A stretch of 60,119 nucleotides of DNA, filler included, from Sluysia triapertura (taxonomy: Eukaryota): the NCBI GenBank assembly GCA_046118255.1. It is 5 parts of 5 records of this genome, joined end to end, with 100 filler letters (N's around TTAATTAATTAA, not from the genome) between each part and the next. Parts side by side here need not be neighbours in the genome. Positions count along the whole stretch, not along the records: positions 23,499 to 34,922 come from JBJNIA010184912.1; positions 35,023 to 48,069 come from JBJNIA010063306.1; 3 more parts are not named here. One strand, written 5' to 3'. The notes below the pieces were generated by a model. The model saw only the letters and a program-made list of their open reading frames with translations. It did not search any database and was not told the DNA's origin. Shown piece after piece: positions 25,021 through 37,882 of this stretch; within the stretch, counting starts at the first letter, position 1, and every line of letters starts with the position of its first letter. The position numbers and the translations under genes were made by a program.

Positions 25021-26073
25021 GAGAGTTTTTCAATCAAAGTGGATTAGAATATCAAATTAAAGATGAAATTTTCATGTTTTCTAATGAAATGGATGTCTTT
25101 TCATTCAAAGTGGATGTTTTTCAATCAAAGCGGATTTAATAAATTTATGAATTAAGAAACTTTTGATTTAAAAACCATTACATAACATATAATTAAAAAA
25201 TTATAATCTATCTTGCTTCAACATTTTTCTAAATGCAACATCACAATGTAAAGGCTAGGCCTAAGCGTGGACGTGCTTTAAGAGGAAAAGCGCCTTGTGT
25301 TCTGTAAGTGCCGCAAGAAGTAACTTCTCTGTGATTGCAGCCATGAGAAAGTATGGTATGATTTACCGTAAAATCTTCAATTCTGCAGTGAATTCAGAAC
25401 TTTTCAAAGAGGCACTGATGGAAATAAAGAATGGATGTATGAGAAAAGAAATTTATGATCCTATATTCATCCTTGATAATGCCGGAATACATCGTCACAG
25501 GGGATTGGCTGAAACAATTAGCTCCTTAAATTTAGTAATGCTATGCATTGCCCTTTATTCCCCCTTCCTAAATCCTATTGAACAAATATTCTGTGTTTCG
25601 AAAAACCATGCTATACATAAAAATCAACTTAAAAGTCTTATTTTAAATGGATTTAGGGAGGTAACAGACCTTCATTGTGATGCCATATCTGAAGCAAGAG
25701 AGATCATCTATGAATAAATCTTTTTTATTTTTATAAAATATGTTATATCACACATATGTTATATAAGAGTTTGTTCCAAATTTTCTATGTTATTCGTGGT
25801 TGTGCTAAAAATGAAAATGAACTTAAAATGAATTTGACTTTCATTGTGATGCTGCATTTAGAAAAATGTTGAAGTAAGAGAAATTATAATTTTAAATCAA
25901 AAACATGTTATATAATGGTTTTTAAATCAAATTTTTTTAATCCATAAATTTATTAAATCCACTTTGGTTGAAAACATATCCATTTGATTGGAAAATCTGA
26001 AAATTGCATCCTTAATTTGATATTCAAATGATCCACTTTGATTGAAAATTCATCCACTTAGGTTGAAAAACCC
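25021..26073 (+). mobile_element. IS630-Tc1-mariner DD34E element, deleted, with ~220-bp TIRs containing direct repeats
   Basis: ORF 25295-25717 has ILDNAGIH...YSPFLNPIE, with 34 residues between D and E. Long inverted repeats ~25021-25249 and ~25842-26073 contain iterated TTTTCAATCAAAGTGGAT; the right end is followed by TA. Confidence 0.85.
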
Positions 26074-27227
26074 TATATTTCATTATGGATTTGGCTTTCA
26101 AAATTACACTATTATTTTTAAAAATACTAAACGCATATTTTAAATCCGATCTAGATAGAATGTTAATGTCTACTAAGCAATAGGAACAAACTTTAATGCA
26201 TAAAAATGTCAAAATATTAACGAACTCTAATTCCTCAGCTTTATTAATTTTAAATTTATGTAAGATAACGCTCGAAGAATTTATAGAAAATTATTGTTTG
26301 TCCATTAGCCTTTTTTAGTACAGAGATTAATTTTCTTTCTAAACTTTGCTGGTGTGTTAATTTGAATTTCATTGCCTTAGATTTAACGTAATAGATGGTG
26401 AAAAAACATTTTTATTCTTATACCTGAAATAAAATATCTTTGTTAAACTTCATTGTACATAAAAATATTAAGTGAAAAATTTGACATTCAAGTCTAATTA
26501 AAACAATAAATAAAATTAAAAAATTATAAAGATAAAATCATAATAACTTTAAAATAATAATTATAATTTATTTTGCACAATATTATTTTTGTAAAAATAA
26601 TCTATAATTAATTGAAGAAAGATGTAAGAGATTAAAAAAGCTTGAAAATTGTTATGTGAAATTGAATGAATGTTTAATGGTATAAGTTGAAATCGTGAAG
26701 ATAGTGTATTAAACATCCTTTAAGGCAAAGTCAGTCCATTTTATTTAGTCATGGATTTTTCAAGTTTTCTACTTTATTGCAAAACATATAACAAATTATC
26801 AAAATATAATAATAATTGAAATATTTTATAGTAGTGATGATTGAATGAAATTTAATAATCTTCCGTTTAATTTATAATTTCTCTACTGAAATACTTGGAA
26901 TAATACATTTGTTTTTTTGGTAATTAGTATATTAAAATATCGTTCACTTAGTTTCTTTTCTAAATTTAGATAGACTTATTATATTTATCATTTTATATTC
27001 ACTCCAAATATTTGATCTAAAGTTATTTATAATTTCTTATTTTGAATTTCATTTGAGATCACTGCTTTCAAATAATACGTCATTGATGATATTGTATCAT
27101 TGTAAAAATTTTAAGTACATTAAATTTAACAATGTAAAATTAAAAATTAAAAATAATTTATAGATTTTATAATTATTTAAATAAGCGGACATTAAGTATG
27201 GATATGTGTAAATGTATTAATATAGAA

Positions 27228-27508
27228 ATGCCAATATTTTTGTTAACAAAAAAACAGGCGTTTAATAAACTTAAGACTAACCTCAATATAATAATAAATC
27301 GATTAAAAATAATTCAAAGAACTAAAACCGAAAATTCATTAAAATCACGAAATGAAATAGCCGGATATATCAGAGAAAAGAAATTTGAAAAAGCTCGAAT
27401 AAAGGTTCAGCATATTATTAGAGATGATTATATAATTGAATCATACGAAATATTAGAAATGTTTTGTAGTTTACTAATTGCTAGATATGGATTACTAGAG
27501 TTTCAAAA
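27228..27508 (+). CDS. IST1: IST1 (ESCRT-III-associated), first coding exon
   Basis: KLKTNL.IIINRLK...RNEIAGYI...EKARIKVQHIIRDDYIIESYEILEMFCSLLIARYGLL is the IST1 N-terminal domain. Donor GTACGT, phase 2. Confidence 0.92.
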
Positions 27509-27718
27509 GTACGTTTTTCAGTATTTATTTAATAAAACATTAATATAAACTTTCATTCTATTTTTATTAATCTTAAATTTTTCAAAAATGAAATTTTAAG
27601 GTAATTAATTTTGTATAATTTGTAAATTCATAATAGATACTTTACTAATACTAAATGCGGTTGAAAAATAACAATGAAAGTATATATACACTGATATATT
27701 CAAAAAATGATTTTTAAG

Positions 27719-27926
27719 TAATATAGATCCAAGCTTAGAAGAAACTCTATCATCAATTATTTGGTGTGCTCCGAGACTAAAAAGTGAAATTAAGGAATTA
27801 CAGAAAGTACTGGATTTATGCAGTCACTTATACAAACCTAAGTATGTTGATGAATGCATTCGAAATTCAGAAAATAAAGTCAATCAACAGTTTATGCATC
27901 ACGTTACTGCATATGTACCGTCGAAG
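27719..27926 (+). CDS. IST1: IST1 exon 2
   Basis: IDPSLEETLSSIIWCAPRLKSEIKELQKV...VNQQFMHHV...PSK versus LAESVSTLIWAAPRLQSEVAELKIV. Phase 2 in, phase 0 out (GTACAT). Confidence 0.92.
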
Positions 27927-30105
27927 GTACATTTTAATGTTTTTAAATATTAAATAGCGGAAAAAATAAAAGTTCAATAAAATAAATTATTAACTAAATT
28001 TATTGTAATATTAAAAATATTTTTAACAACAATAATGTATCGAATACTCATTTTAAAAATAATGCTCATTTTCAATTTAAAAATAATACTCATTTTTATC
28101 CTAAAAATAATGTTCAAATAATGCTCATTTTCATTTTTTAAAATCAGTGTAAAAAATTACTGAGATCGTAATGTTTTTGTATTAATTTAAAAAGAGGTTA
28201 CGTAGAGTTAACACAAATTCAAAATTTAGAAACAAATAATTAATTTTAAATCGAAATTGTATAAATCATCATTTTTGTATTTGAGATTAAAATTTAACAA
28301 ACACTAAACCTTACTATCACAATAAAATCGTTTTAAAATAAGAATTTATAATAATATGAAACCAAATTTTAAGAGCATAACATCCTATCAAAATTATCTT
28401 AAAAACATGATTTAGAACATTATTATAAATAAAATAAAATCATATTAAACTGGGATTAAATAGAAATAATATAAAATCAAAATTTAAAAACCTTATATTC
28501 GATAAAAACTATTTTAAACTAAAGATTGGATAGAACAGAGAAAAGTAAAATTAAAAACTAGTCTTGTTAGTGGAATTGATAGTAATTGTAATGTTCGCAA
28601 TTTTGGTTGTGGAATTGAGTACAATGTACCATTGTTAAAATCTATATTGTAAACAATGTTAAAACAAAGTTTTTTTTATTTATATTATTTAAATAATTAT
28701 GTTGTGTCACAAAGTTTGCTTCATTTATAAATAATTATGTAAATTAAATAATCATGATAATACCTAAATATATAAATTAATATTTAAATATTTTGTAAAT
28801 TTGTTAATGTAATTTGTAAATTTATTAATGCATAAATTAATATTTATGTAAATAAAATATGTAAAATATTAACATACAAAGTTATAATTTAATTTGTTTA
28901 AATTCACTAGGTTAAAAACACGAATAGTGTATATACATGCAAGATTATGCTAACATCACACAAATATTTAAACTTCTATTACGTATAATCTTCCTTTCAG
29001 CGCATCATAGATCTAAATATATGTACCTGGTATACAAATAGGTATACACAAAATTGTGGTAGAAACAGTGTTAAATAGATATTTTACTTATGATCTTATT
29101 ATTAAATTAACTCTATACCACGTTTTATTATGTTAATAATCTTAAGTGGAATTGTAGTAAACTATTCAAAAGAAAATGTGTCCTCTAACAGTGTCCGAAG
29201 ATATTGGCTGCAATAGATAGGTGGATGCTTGTTCTTGAAGGTATTAATTATAAGTTTTGTAAGTGCTGAATTAAATCACGAATTAGATTAAAAAATTAAT
29301 AATAAAATAAATCACAAGGATGAATCTTTTGATTTTTATCATAATTTAACTAATAAATTAAATCCCATAAACACCTGCAAGGATTTTTTGACTTTGATTA
29401 TAACTTTAATCATAATCGTAATATACATGACTACAATTATAATAGTTAACCACTCAACCAAATTAAATTTTCTAATTTTTAATTTCTAATTTACTTTTTC
29501 ATAATTACCCTCAATCGGTGTACGTTTAGTGTGATTTTATTTGGTCACCTATTACTAAGAACAAAGCAAAGAACTCAGAAATGAAGGTTTAATTGCATTA
29601 AATAACGCGTAACAAATAAATATATCAAAATGTAACATAAACAAAAATGTTTAATAAATAATTCAGTAATTGAATATGATGTATTATTTTAAAATATCTT
29701 TTAAGAGAAATATATTAAATTTCCCAAAATAATAAATTTTAAGTTCAATTTAATCATAATTAAATAGGCTCCTTCCAAAATATTTAGACTAAACTGTAAT
29801 ATCTGAGTTTTTTAAGAATGAGTATTAAACTTTAAAATTAATTCAAATTTTGTGTGCCTTTCTTAAATGGACTATTGTCAATATTTATACTTATTTTTTC
29901 TTTTTTAAAATTATTTTATTTAGTTTGGGTTGTTATTATTATAAAGCTTATTTTTATTATAATTCAGTTTATTAATATTTTCGTTTTTGATGGCATATGA
30001 CACACATGTAATAAGTAATAATGGATGAAATATTTACCTCATTTGATATCATATTACTTAATAAAACAATGTTTTCTTTTATTAAGTATTTCATGTTTAT
30101 AATAT

Positions 30106-31793
30106 TGTTAAAAAGTGAAGATGTCAAGAATGTAAATCTTATTTATTCTTAACGTGAGCTCCCTATAATCTTAGACTTACACACTTAAGGGCTAAGTTAT
30201 AGGCAGTATTTAGAAGAAGTTATGGAGGTTCTCAAATAGAATTCCTTCTTAGTGAAGCTTAATAACCTTAGTGGAAAGATAACTTGATACTTTTTTGATA
30301 AAGTGCTTTTATGCTTGAAGAAAAATCAGATTTATGTTGATCCTTTGACAAATTTATCGGTTTTATGGGTACTGCAAAACGGTTAAAATTATTATAAACT
30401 TCAAAGATATTTAAAGTGTATTTTACGTCCGTATAAAAACGGCGTACCTTAATTACTTTATTCTTTTATTTCAATAATTTTAGCGTGATACTTTTCCACC
30501 GAATAAAATCGGGGATCTTAGAAATTATTCAATGAGTAATTAAAAATTCTAAATAAAAATGTTAATTAATAAAGTAACATACAACAATAATAATAAAAAG
30601 TTTTAAAATTGCAATATGTATAATGATAATATATTTTTAAAAAAGATTATAATATAATCTAGATTTTACAAATATTTCCACCTTCTTAAAAAAGGGGAAC
30701 TAAAATATTAACTTATTTATTTTACGAACAATTAAAAATGTTAAAAAACCTCGAAACAAAACTAACGTAATTAATATATTCAAAAATGAGTAAATTGTCC
30801 AAATGTAAAAATTGGTGACACCACTTGAAGAAAAATTCTTTAAAAGGTTTCCTCTAACTTGATACAGTTTCGGTTTTCGGAAATAATATTGCAAATAATT
30901 GTTTTGTATTAGAATACTTGTGTTATTTTTGCAATTTATGTAGAGTTTATATATCTAAAATTTTACCTTGACCTATTTAGAGAATTTTAAAACAATAGAA
31001 ATTTAGAAAAATAAAATAATAATTACAATAAAATAATACTTACAGTAATAATAATACCAAATATTAAAATTCCAAAATTGTTTAATTCCAAAATTATTTA
31101 AAAATATTAAAGTTATTTCCAAATATTAAAATTTATAAAATTTAAAATCAATAAATAAAATCTTATAATTACAAATATTGATTTATTTATTTTTAGATAC
31201 ACATATCGAAATTTAACTATACATAATTATTATAAAATTTTTTATTTGATGTCACATAAATCTATCTATTTTTAAATATAAATTGAATTGCACACATAAA
31301 TCTATTTTTAAATATAAATATTTTTGTGCATTGACAATATTGTAATATTAGTAATAATAATAGTGATAATAATAATAATAATAATTATTATTATTATTAT
31401 CATTTATGCACTATTATTTATGTAAATCATATATGCAACCAAACTATGTAATAAAATTATAATATAATTATTAATGTAAATATAATTGAATTATTTATGA
31501 GAACTAATTTAATTAAATAAATTAAAAACTCACACAATAGATATTGGAGATAAAAAAATACCCTAGGCACGAAAAGATTTGTTAAGCCAATATTCATAGA
31601 TTTCACGATCAATATTCAAAAGTTGTTTAAGATGTATTATGTAAGTTTTTGTCTTCTTTAAAAGGCGACACAAAATGCAACGTTAAGTCTATTCAATTTT
31701 TACAACTAGCTTTAAAATCGTATTTAATATCATTCATGATATTAGATTGAAAATCTAATATATTAATATAATATTTTATGCATATTAAAAACA
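30106..31793 (+). repeat. Long dispersed element, family H, copy 2 (inside IST1 intron 2)
   Basis: Blocks at ~30151-30230, CCG-N8-CGG at 30429-42 and 30499-512, hairpin 30676-99, GACACAAAATG near 31667. Confidence 0.7.
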
Positions 31794-31878
31794 TTTAAAA
31801 TTTTAAACTAGGTTAATTCTAGTGTTAAACAGCCATTATAGACATTATTTTTTGGGCGTTCATTTGTATTATGTATTA

Positions 31879-32291
31879 GAATTTTAAAATATTTAGATTT
31901 AGTTTGTTGTCACTAAAACAAAAGCGTAGCAAAATCAATGTAGTAGTGTTAATAGTAGTATTGATATGAAGGAAGCGCAAAATGGAGAAATTCTCTGTTG
32001 AAAATTATTACCATAATTAGTTTGCATAAGCAGCTTTGAATTTTCCATTTTCATATACTACTTATAAATTGTTATTTAAGTAGTATGTTTCAAGTAGTGT
32101 TTTAAGTACGTTTTTTGCACTACTTTTTAAAATCAATGCTTGTATAGTTTGATGAACAACAAAAGTAAATAGAAATGCTTAATTGTAATCAAGTTTTCTT
32201 TGTTGAATTTTAAAATATTTACATTTAGTTTGTTGTCATTAAAACAAAAGCGTAGAAAAATCAATGTAATAGTGTTAATAATAGTATTGAT
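31879..32291 (+). repeat. ~87-bp direct repeat pair
   Basis: GAATTTTAAAATATTTA.ATTTAGTTTGTTGTCA.TAAAACAAAAGCGTAG...AGTATTGAT at ~31879-31966 and ~32205-32291. Confidence 0.85.
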
Positions 32292-32950
32292 TTACTAATA
32301 ATTTTTCTTTTATGATTAATTTTGAGAATATACGTTAAGACTTCATTTATTTTGGTTTAATAGTTAGTAAAATTAGTTGATAAAAAACTAAATTGTTATT
32401 AAGATTAAATTATTAATAATAAAAAATCGCTAAGCCTAACTTATTAAGCACCTTCAGAATCCGTTTTGTTCAAGTAAACCATTGTGATAATTTCGATAAG
32501 TGCGTCTTTCGTAAGAAGATTGTGCAGATAAAAATAAGAAGATTCAAACTACAGTAATACATTAGATGAAAAGCACATAAAATAATGTAATATATCGTAA
32601 TCTAAGATTAAGTTCCTTAACTTTTTTCATTCCAAATAAAGTTGTACGTTACCAAAAGTAAATTTGCGAAGAATTAAAACAAATTTAAAATAATTTAAAA
32701 TACTTTCATTGTAAATAATAATTTATTAAATTTCACATTGAATTAAATTTAGTATAATAATATTTTTCTTGGCATAGATCTTATTTCTTATAGTTTAACC
32801 AAACAATTATAAACAATAATTATAATTATAAACGAGTATAATTTTATAGTTCTAAACCGAATAATAATTTTAATTAATTCTTTATTTTATCGTATTTTTG
32901 TAAATTATCTTGATATAGTTATCTATCTAACATGATTTTATATTAATCAG

Positions 32951-33124
32951 AAATTAATCGAAATGTATCTTGAAGAAATAGCTAGAAATTTCAAATTAAA
33001 CTATATTGCAGATATAGCACCTGATGATCGACCGAATATTCCCAACACATCATGTACTTCCGTTAAACCAGACGCAGTTGAAACAAAACCTCCTATTGCA
33101 GAAACTACAAAAGAAAAACAAAAT
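32951..33124 (+). CDS. IST1: IST1 exon 3
   Basis: KLIEMYLEEIARNFKLNY.AD versus LVERYLIEIAKNYNVPYEPD. Acceptor tcAG; probable donor GTTATA (otherwise reads on to a stop at 33160). Confidence 0.88.
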
Positions 33125-34447
33125 GTTATAATCACTTGTACTTTTATTAATTATCATTAGTTTTTCCTTTTGCATATAAGCAATAAACTTTTTATATTTA
33201 AACCTAGGTTTACTTGAAATTTATGTATGCATATTTTCAGCTACTCGATGTAATTTAAATAAAAAGTAAATAGTGTACACATAAAGCCATACACTTTATT
33301 GTTTTGTTTTGTGTTCAAAAATACTTAGTTTATTAGTTGTTGTTTTAAGTAAACAATTTCTGCAAACTATTGTAATGGTTTTTGGATAAATCTAGAATGA
33401 ATAAGTATTAACTAAACATAATATAAAAGACAAATACAGATTAAAAATGAACAAAATAAATAGGCACAATACGCAATTTAATAACAAATACTCGGTTTAT
33501 GATATTTGACTGAATAATTTTAAAATTGAATTTTCTGTCCTTCGAAGAAAATAGTTATAGTTTAATAAAGGATTCTCTGACAAAAATAGTATATTAAATC
33601 TCAAGATATAAACTTTCAATCGAATTACTTTTCGCGAATTTTTTCGAAAATTTTTCTTAACTCTTAATTTTGAAGCACTTTTTTTCTGTGATTGATTTAA
33701 TACAGTTTTAAATGAATCAATGATTTAATTTAAGTCAGTTTTAAATGTTTTCCAAACATAATTAACTTTTCTCATTTTTTTCTGCGTAACATTATTTTCG
33801 TTATTAAATTATTAATTTTCGTAATTAAATTATTTTGTGATAAATTTGTGAAAATTAATTAAAATATATTAAACGATAACAAAATAAAATAAAATTATAA
33901 CTTAATAAATTAAACTATTTTAATAATATCACCAGTAATTTAAAAGAAACACCTTAAAATATTTAGAAATAAAAAGCAAATAAAAACAAAACCTTAATAT
34001 TTCCACCAAATTTTCTAAACAATCCTTATCTAAATAAATCGAAACAATCACTATCAAATAGGAAATCATAATAATTAATTTAGCAAGCACAATATTTAAA
34101 TTATTAAAACAGATTACATAATTATTCTCTGTGACCATCTCGTAAGACCATTATTAAGTATGTTTTAAATAACAATTTTATTTGTATTTGGGAAAATTAA
34201 ATAATATTTGTTGAATTTTATACATTTCAAACATTTTGTCGATAGACCGGAGTCTTCTTGATGCACAGTCAATTTCTTTCATTATGCACAGTTTTATTAT
34301 AGCGAATTGTATGATTTTTAGGCCTAAATATTTTGTATTACCACATTTTCTTTCATTATTTACCTATCATTAGTACGTCTATTGAATTTTAAAGTAAACG
34401 TAATATTATTTTCTTAATTATTTATTGTCACATTTATTTTTATTTAG

Positions 34448-34478
34448 ACTGATGACAAAATTACCAATGAAAATATAA
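34448..34478 (+). CDS. IST1: Possible IST1 micro-exon 4
   Basis: tttAG|TDDKITNENI|GTGAGT, phase compatible with exon 3; no recognisable homology. Confidence 0.4.
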
Positions 34479-34922
34479 GTGAGTACATTAATTGGAATAC
34501 ATTTTTAGCTATTTCAGATCAGGTCATCTTCGACTGAGATAAGCTTTTGTTAAATCGTTTCAATGTATCAAAATTGTTTTCAGTTTAGTAAAAAGAACAA
34601 TTTGAAACCAATTAATATCAAAAGATCAATACGAAATCATTAATTATAATTAAAATAATTATAAGAAAAAACAAAAATCATAGCATACATTCATATTCAA
34701 TTTTATTGTAGTGCGCGAAATTTTTCAACTTGATTTAATCAGCAAGATTTTAGTAATATTTAGACGAATATTGTACCTTGAATTTCAAATAAATTTGTTT
34801 CAAATAGTTGTGTTGAAAAGAATAAAATAATAAAATCGAATCATCTATAATATCCATTTTATGAATTTATGATATCATTAATTACATTAGCATTATAGAT
34901 TATAAAAGTTCAGTAAGATACG

Positions 34923-35022
34923 NNNNNNNNNNNNNNNNNNNNNNNNNNNNNNNNNNNNNNNNNNNNTTAATTAATTAANNNNNNNNNNNNNNNNNNNNNN
35001 NNNNNNNNNNNNNNNNNNNNNN
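34923..35022. other. Assembly spacer (44 N + TTAATTAATTAA + 44 N)
   Basis: Direct reading. Confidence 0.97.
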
Positions 35023-35041
35023 ATCATCATCATCATCATCA

Positions 35042-35096
<55 letters not shown>

Positions 35097-35097
<1 letters not shown>

Positions 35098-35735
35098 GTT
35101 AGTCATTATTCATTTTTAGATATCATTTCTGACAAAACTTTCTAACGGAAAATTTGTCATCAAATAATTTAATTTATTATTATTTATTATTATTATTAAT
35201 CATTATTCATTTTTATTTCAGGTATCAGTTCATATGAGGTTATTTAATTTATTATTATTTCTTATCATTATTATAGTTAGTCATTATTCAGTTTTAATTA
35301 TATCAGTTCTGACAATACTATCCATCAACGGAAAATTTGTTAATTTATTATTATTTCTTATCATTATTATTATTATCGTTATTATTAATCATTATTCATT
35401 CTTATTTCAGGTATCAGTTCATATGAGGTTATTTAATTTATTATTATTTCTTATTACCATTATTATTTATTATTATTAGTCTTTATTCATTTTTAGATAT
35501 CATTTCTGACAATACTTTCCATCAACGGAAAATTTGTCATCAAATAATTTAATTTATTATTATTATTTTTAGTCATTATTCATTTTTAGATATTATTTCT
35601 GACAATACTTTCAATCAACGGAAAATTTGTCCTCAAATAATTTAATTTATTATTATTATTTCTTATCATTATTATTATTATTATTATTAATCATTATTCA
35701 TTTTTATTTCAGGTATCAGTTAATGAGGTTATTTA

Positions 35736-35781
<46 letters not shown>

Positions 35782-35846
35782 TCTTATAACTATTAGTATT
35801 ATTATTGTTATTGTTAGTCATTCATTTTTAGATGTCACTTCTGACA
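35097..35846 (+). repeat. Composite tandem array of two unit types (A, B) separated by (ATT)n
   Basis: A = TAGTCATTATTCATTTTTAGATATCATTTCTGACAATACTTTCCATCAACGGAAAATTTGT, B = TTTTATTTCAGGTATCAGTTCATATGAGGTTATTTAAT; order A-B-A-B-A-A-B-(A). Confidence 0.85.
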
Positions 35847-37882
35847 TAATAATCATAATAATAATAATAGTGGTAACTATACTACAAATAATTTTAATTA
35901 ACATGAGTTATTAATTATGAGTATTATAAACATCATAAATTAAGTTTCTAACTAAATAATCATTAATTTCCACCTTCATCGTCATGAACTATTACTGTAA
36001 GTAAATTGAACTTCATTCGCAGCTACTTTTATTGAGGTTCACTATTATTTTTAATTTTTACTATTATTATGAACAAAAGTTGTTTTTAGTCAAGTTAATA
36101 AGACCTACTTTGAATGCCATTTTGTAATATATCCTTTTAATACATTATCATATTCAGTACCGATGAACTATTCGGATTGCTAATTTGTCAAATTTTCTGA
36201 ACCTCAAATTATGTTATATAACCTCAAAAACCTACAGTTAATCTAAAAGGTATTCCCCAGATTTCTCAAGACTATACATTCAAAAAGTTCAGTAAGATTT
36301 CGAGTTTCAGATTTGAATTAGTTAACGATTATCATTATTCAGCAAAATCACTTCGTAATTCAAAAGTATTTTAAGGACGATACTTCAAAAATATTTCAAA
36401 CATTATTGTGTGATGCCGACAAATTATTTTGTAATTCTAGAACATCTCGTGAGTACTTTGTGCCAGAATTATTTTTATAAAGTAGTTTTATTTTAAATAT
36501 GTTCAATAACATTAATGTGTCTATTATGTTGAGAAGATCACCCGCCTAAAATCATGTGACTAATGAGTCACTGTACAAAATAAGATCATTGTAGTAAAAT
36601 AAACCCTAACTTACAATTAATATATAAGTTAAATATTGCAATCAGTGTAGATGTACAATCTCTCAATGATCATATGGAGTATTACAATTAAACAAGGAAC
36701 TATAAATTAAAATTCGAACTATTGATTTTTCATGGGCTTGAACTAAAATTAGAGAATGTGAACCATCTAATGAACGCTAGCACTTAGTTTTCGCTTTCAG
36801 ATTGTGTATCGACCCCCTACAATTATTTGTCGATGTCTTATTACTTCAACAATTACTTGCTGTTAGTGATCGCGACTTAAAATTCTTAGAATAGAAGCAC
36901 TACTAACAGAAATCTTTCTCATTTCTAGTTGGATAATTTCCAGTCAAAAATTAGTATATAAATTTGTGGAATTAGAATATCATTTTATCACTTTTCTCAA
37001 CTTCGTAAAAAATCAAAAATAGATCAGATGTAGAGACTAAATAGCACGGCTGAAAAGCAACAAATTATCAAACAATTTGGGTTCGAAAAAAAACACAAGG
37101 GAATATAGATAGACAAAATAATTAAGTAGCAAATGCCTCAAATAAAGCAAGAACTTCAGAAAATGAAGTCGGAAAAATAAATAAAAACAATGACAAGCGA
37201 AATAACTGGTAATAAAATTATAATAATGGTGCATCTAGGTATTCAAATTCTGGACAGAATCGACCGTAAAAGCAGATGAACTAAGAGGTACATCTTGAAA
37301 TGGATAATATAGAAAAGATGACTAAAAATATTAAGAGAATTAAAAAATGAGGTTATAGAAATATCCGATAAGGGAAATAAATCAGTTAACAATTAGTTTA
37401 AAATATTAATTTTAGTTCTATTATTATCTGGAATTAGATCAACAGACATAATGAAATTCCCGGAAATTGTAAGGCACTTTTCATCGTGGATATAGAAAAT
37501 TGTCCGGAAACAACACCGATAAGGTAATTCAGTTCGGAAAACGAAATATTTCACATAAATAATGACTGGTTAAATAAACTGCTGTATTTTTGAGTTTAAT
37601 GGATTATAAATTAAAAGTTTTGTTTTAGATAAAAATAAACCTTTATCGATTTAAGATTAACACAAAAAAGGTGATACATTTTACTTACTTTGGTAATTCT
37701 GTTAGTTCAAAAAATCCATCACTAGTTATTCCATAATTAGCACCTGAAATTATAACAATATTAATTTCGATATTATACAATTATACAATTATTAATAAAA
37801 GTTTTTTATCTTATTTAGGTCATAAAATTTCTATTGCAAATTGATTAGATATTAAAAGTAAATTCGTTTTATGTTTTGAAAA

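Noticed and set aside
26250-26424. Minus-strand acceptor plus YKNK.. as an upstream DRC3 exon
   Set aside because: No convincing similarity beyond 4 residues, no good donor, and it lies across a spacer.
35097-35846. CRISPR-like repeat-spacer interpretation
   Set aside because: Eukaryotic context, the spacers are ATT microsatellite, and there are no cas genes.
36527-37600. Tiny TG..CA element with ATTA flanks followed by integrase-like traces
   Set aside because: ATTA matches are expected by chance here, no second copy was seen, and the protein traces are too weak.
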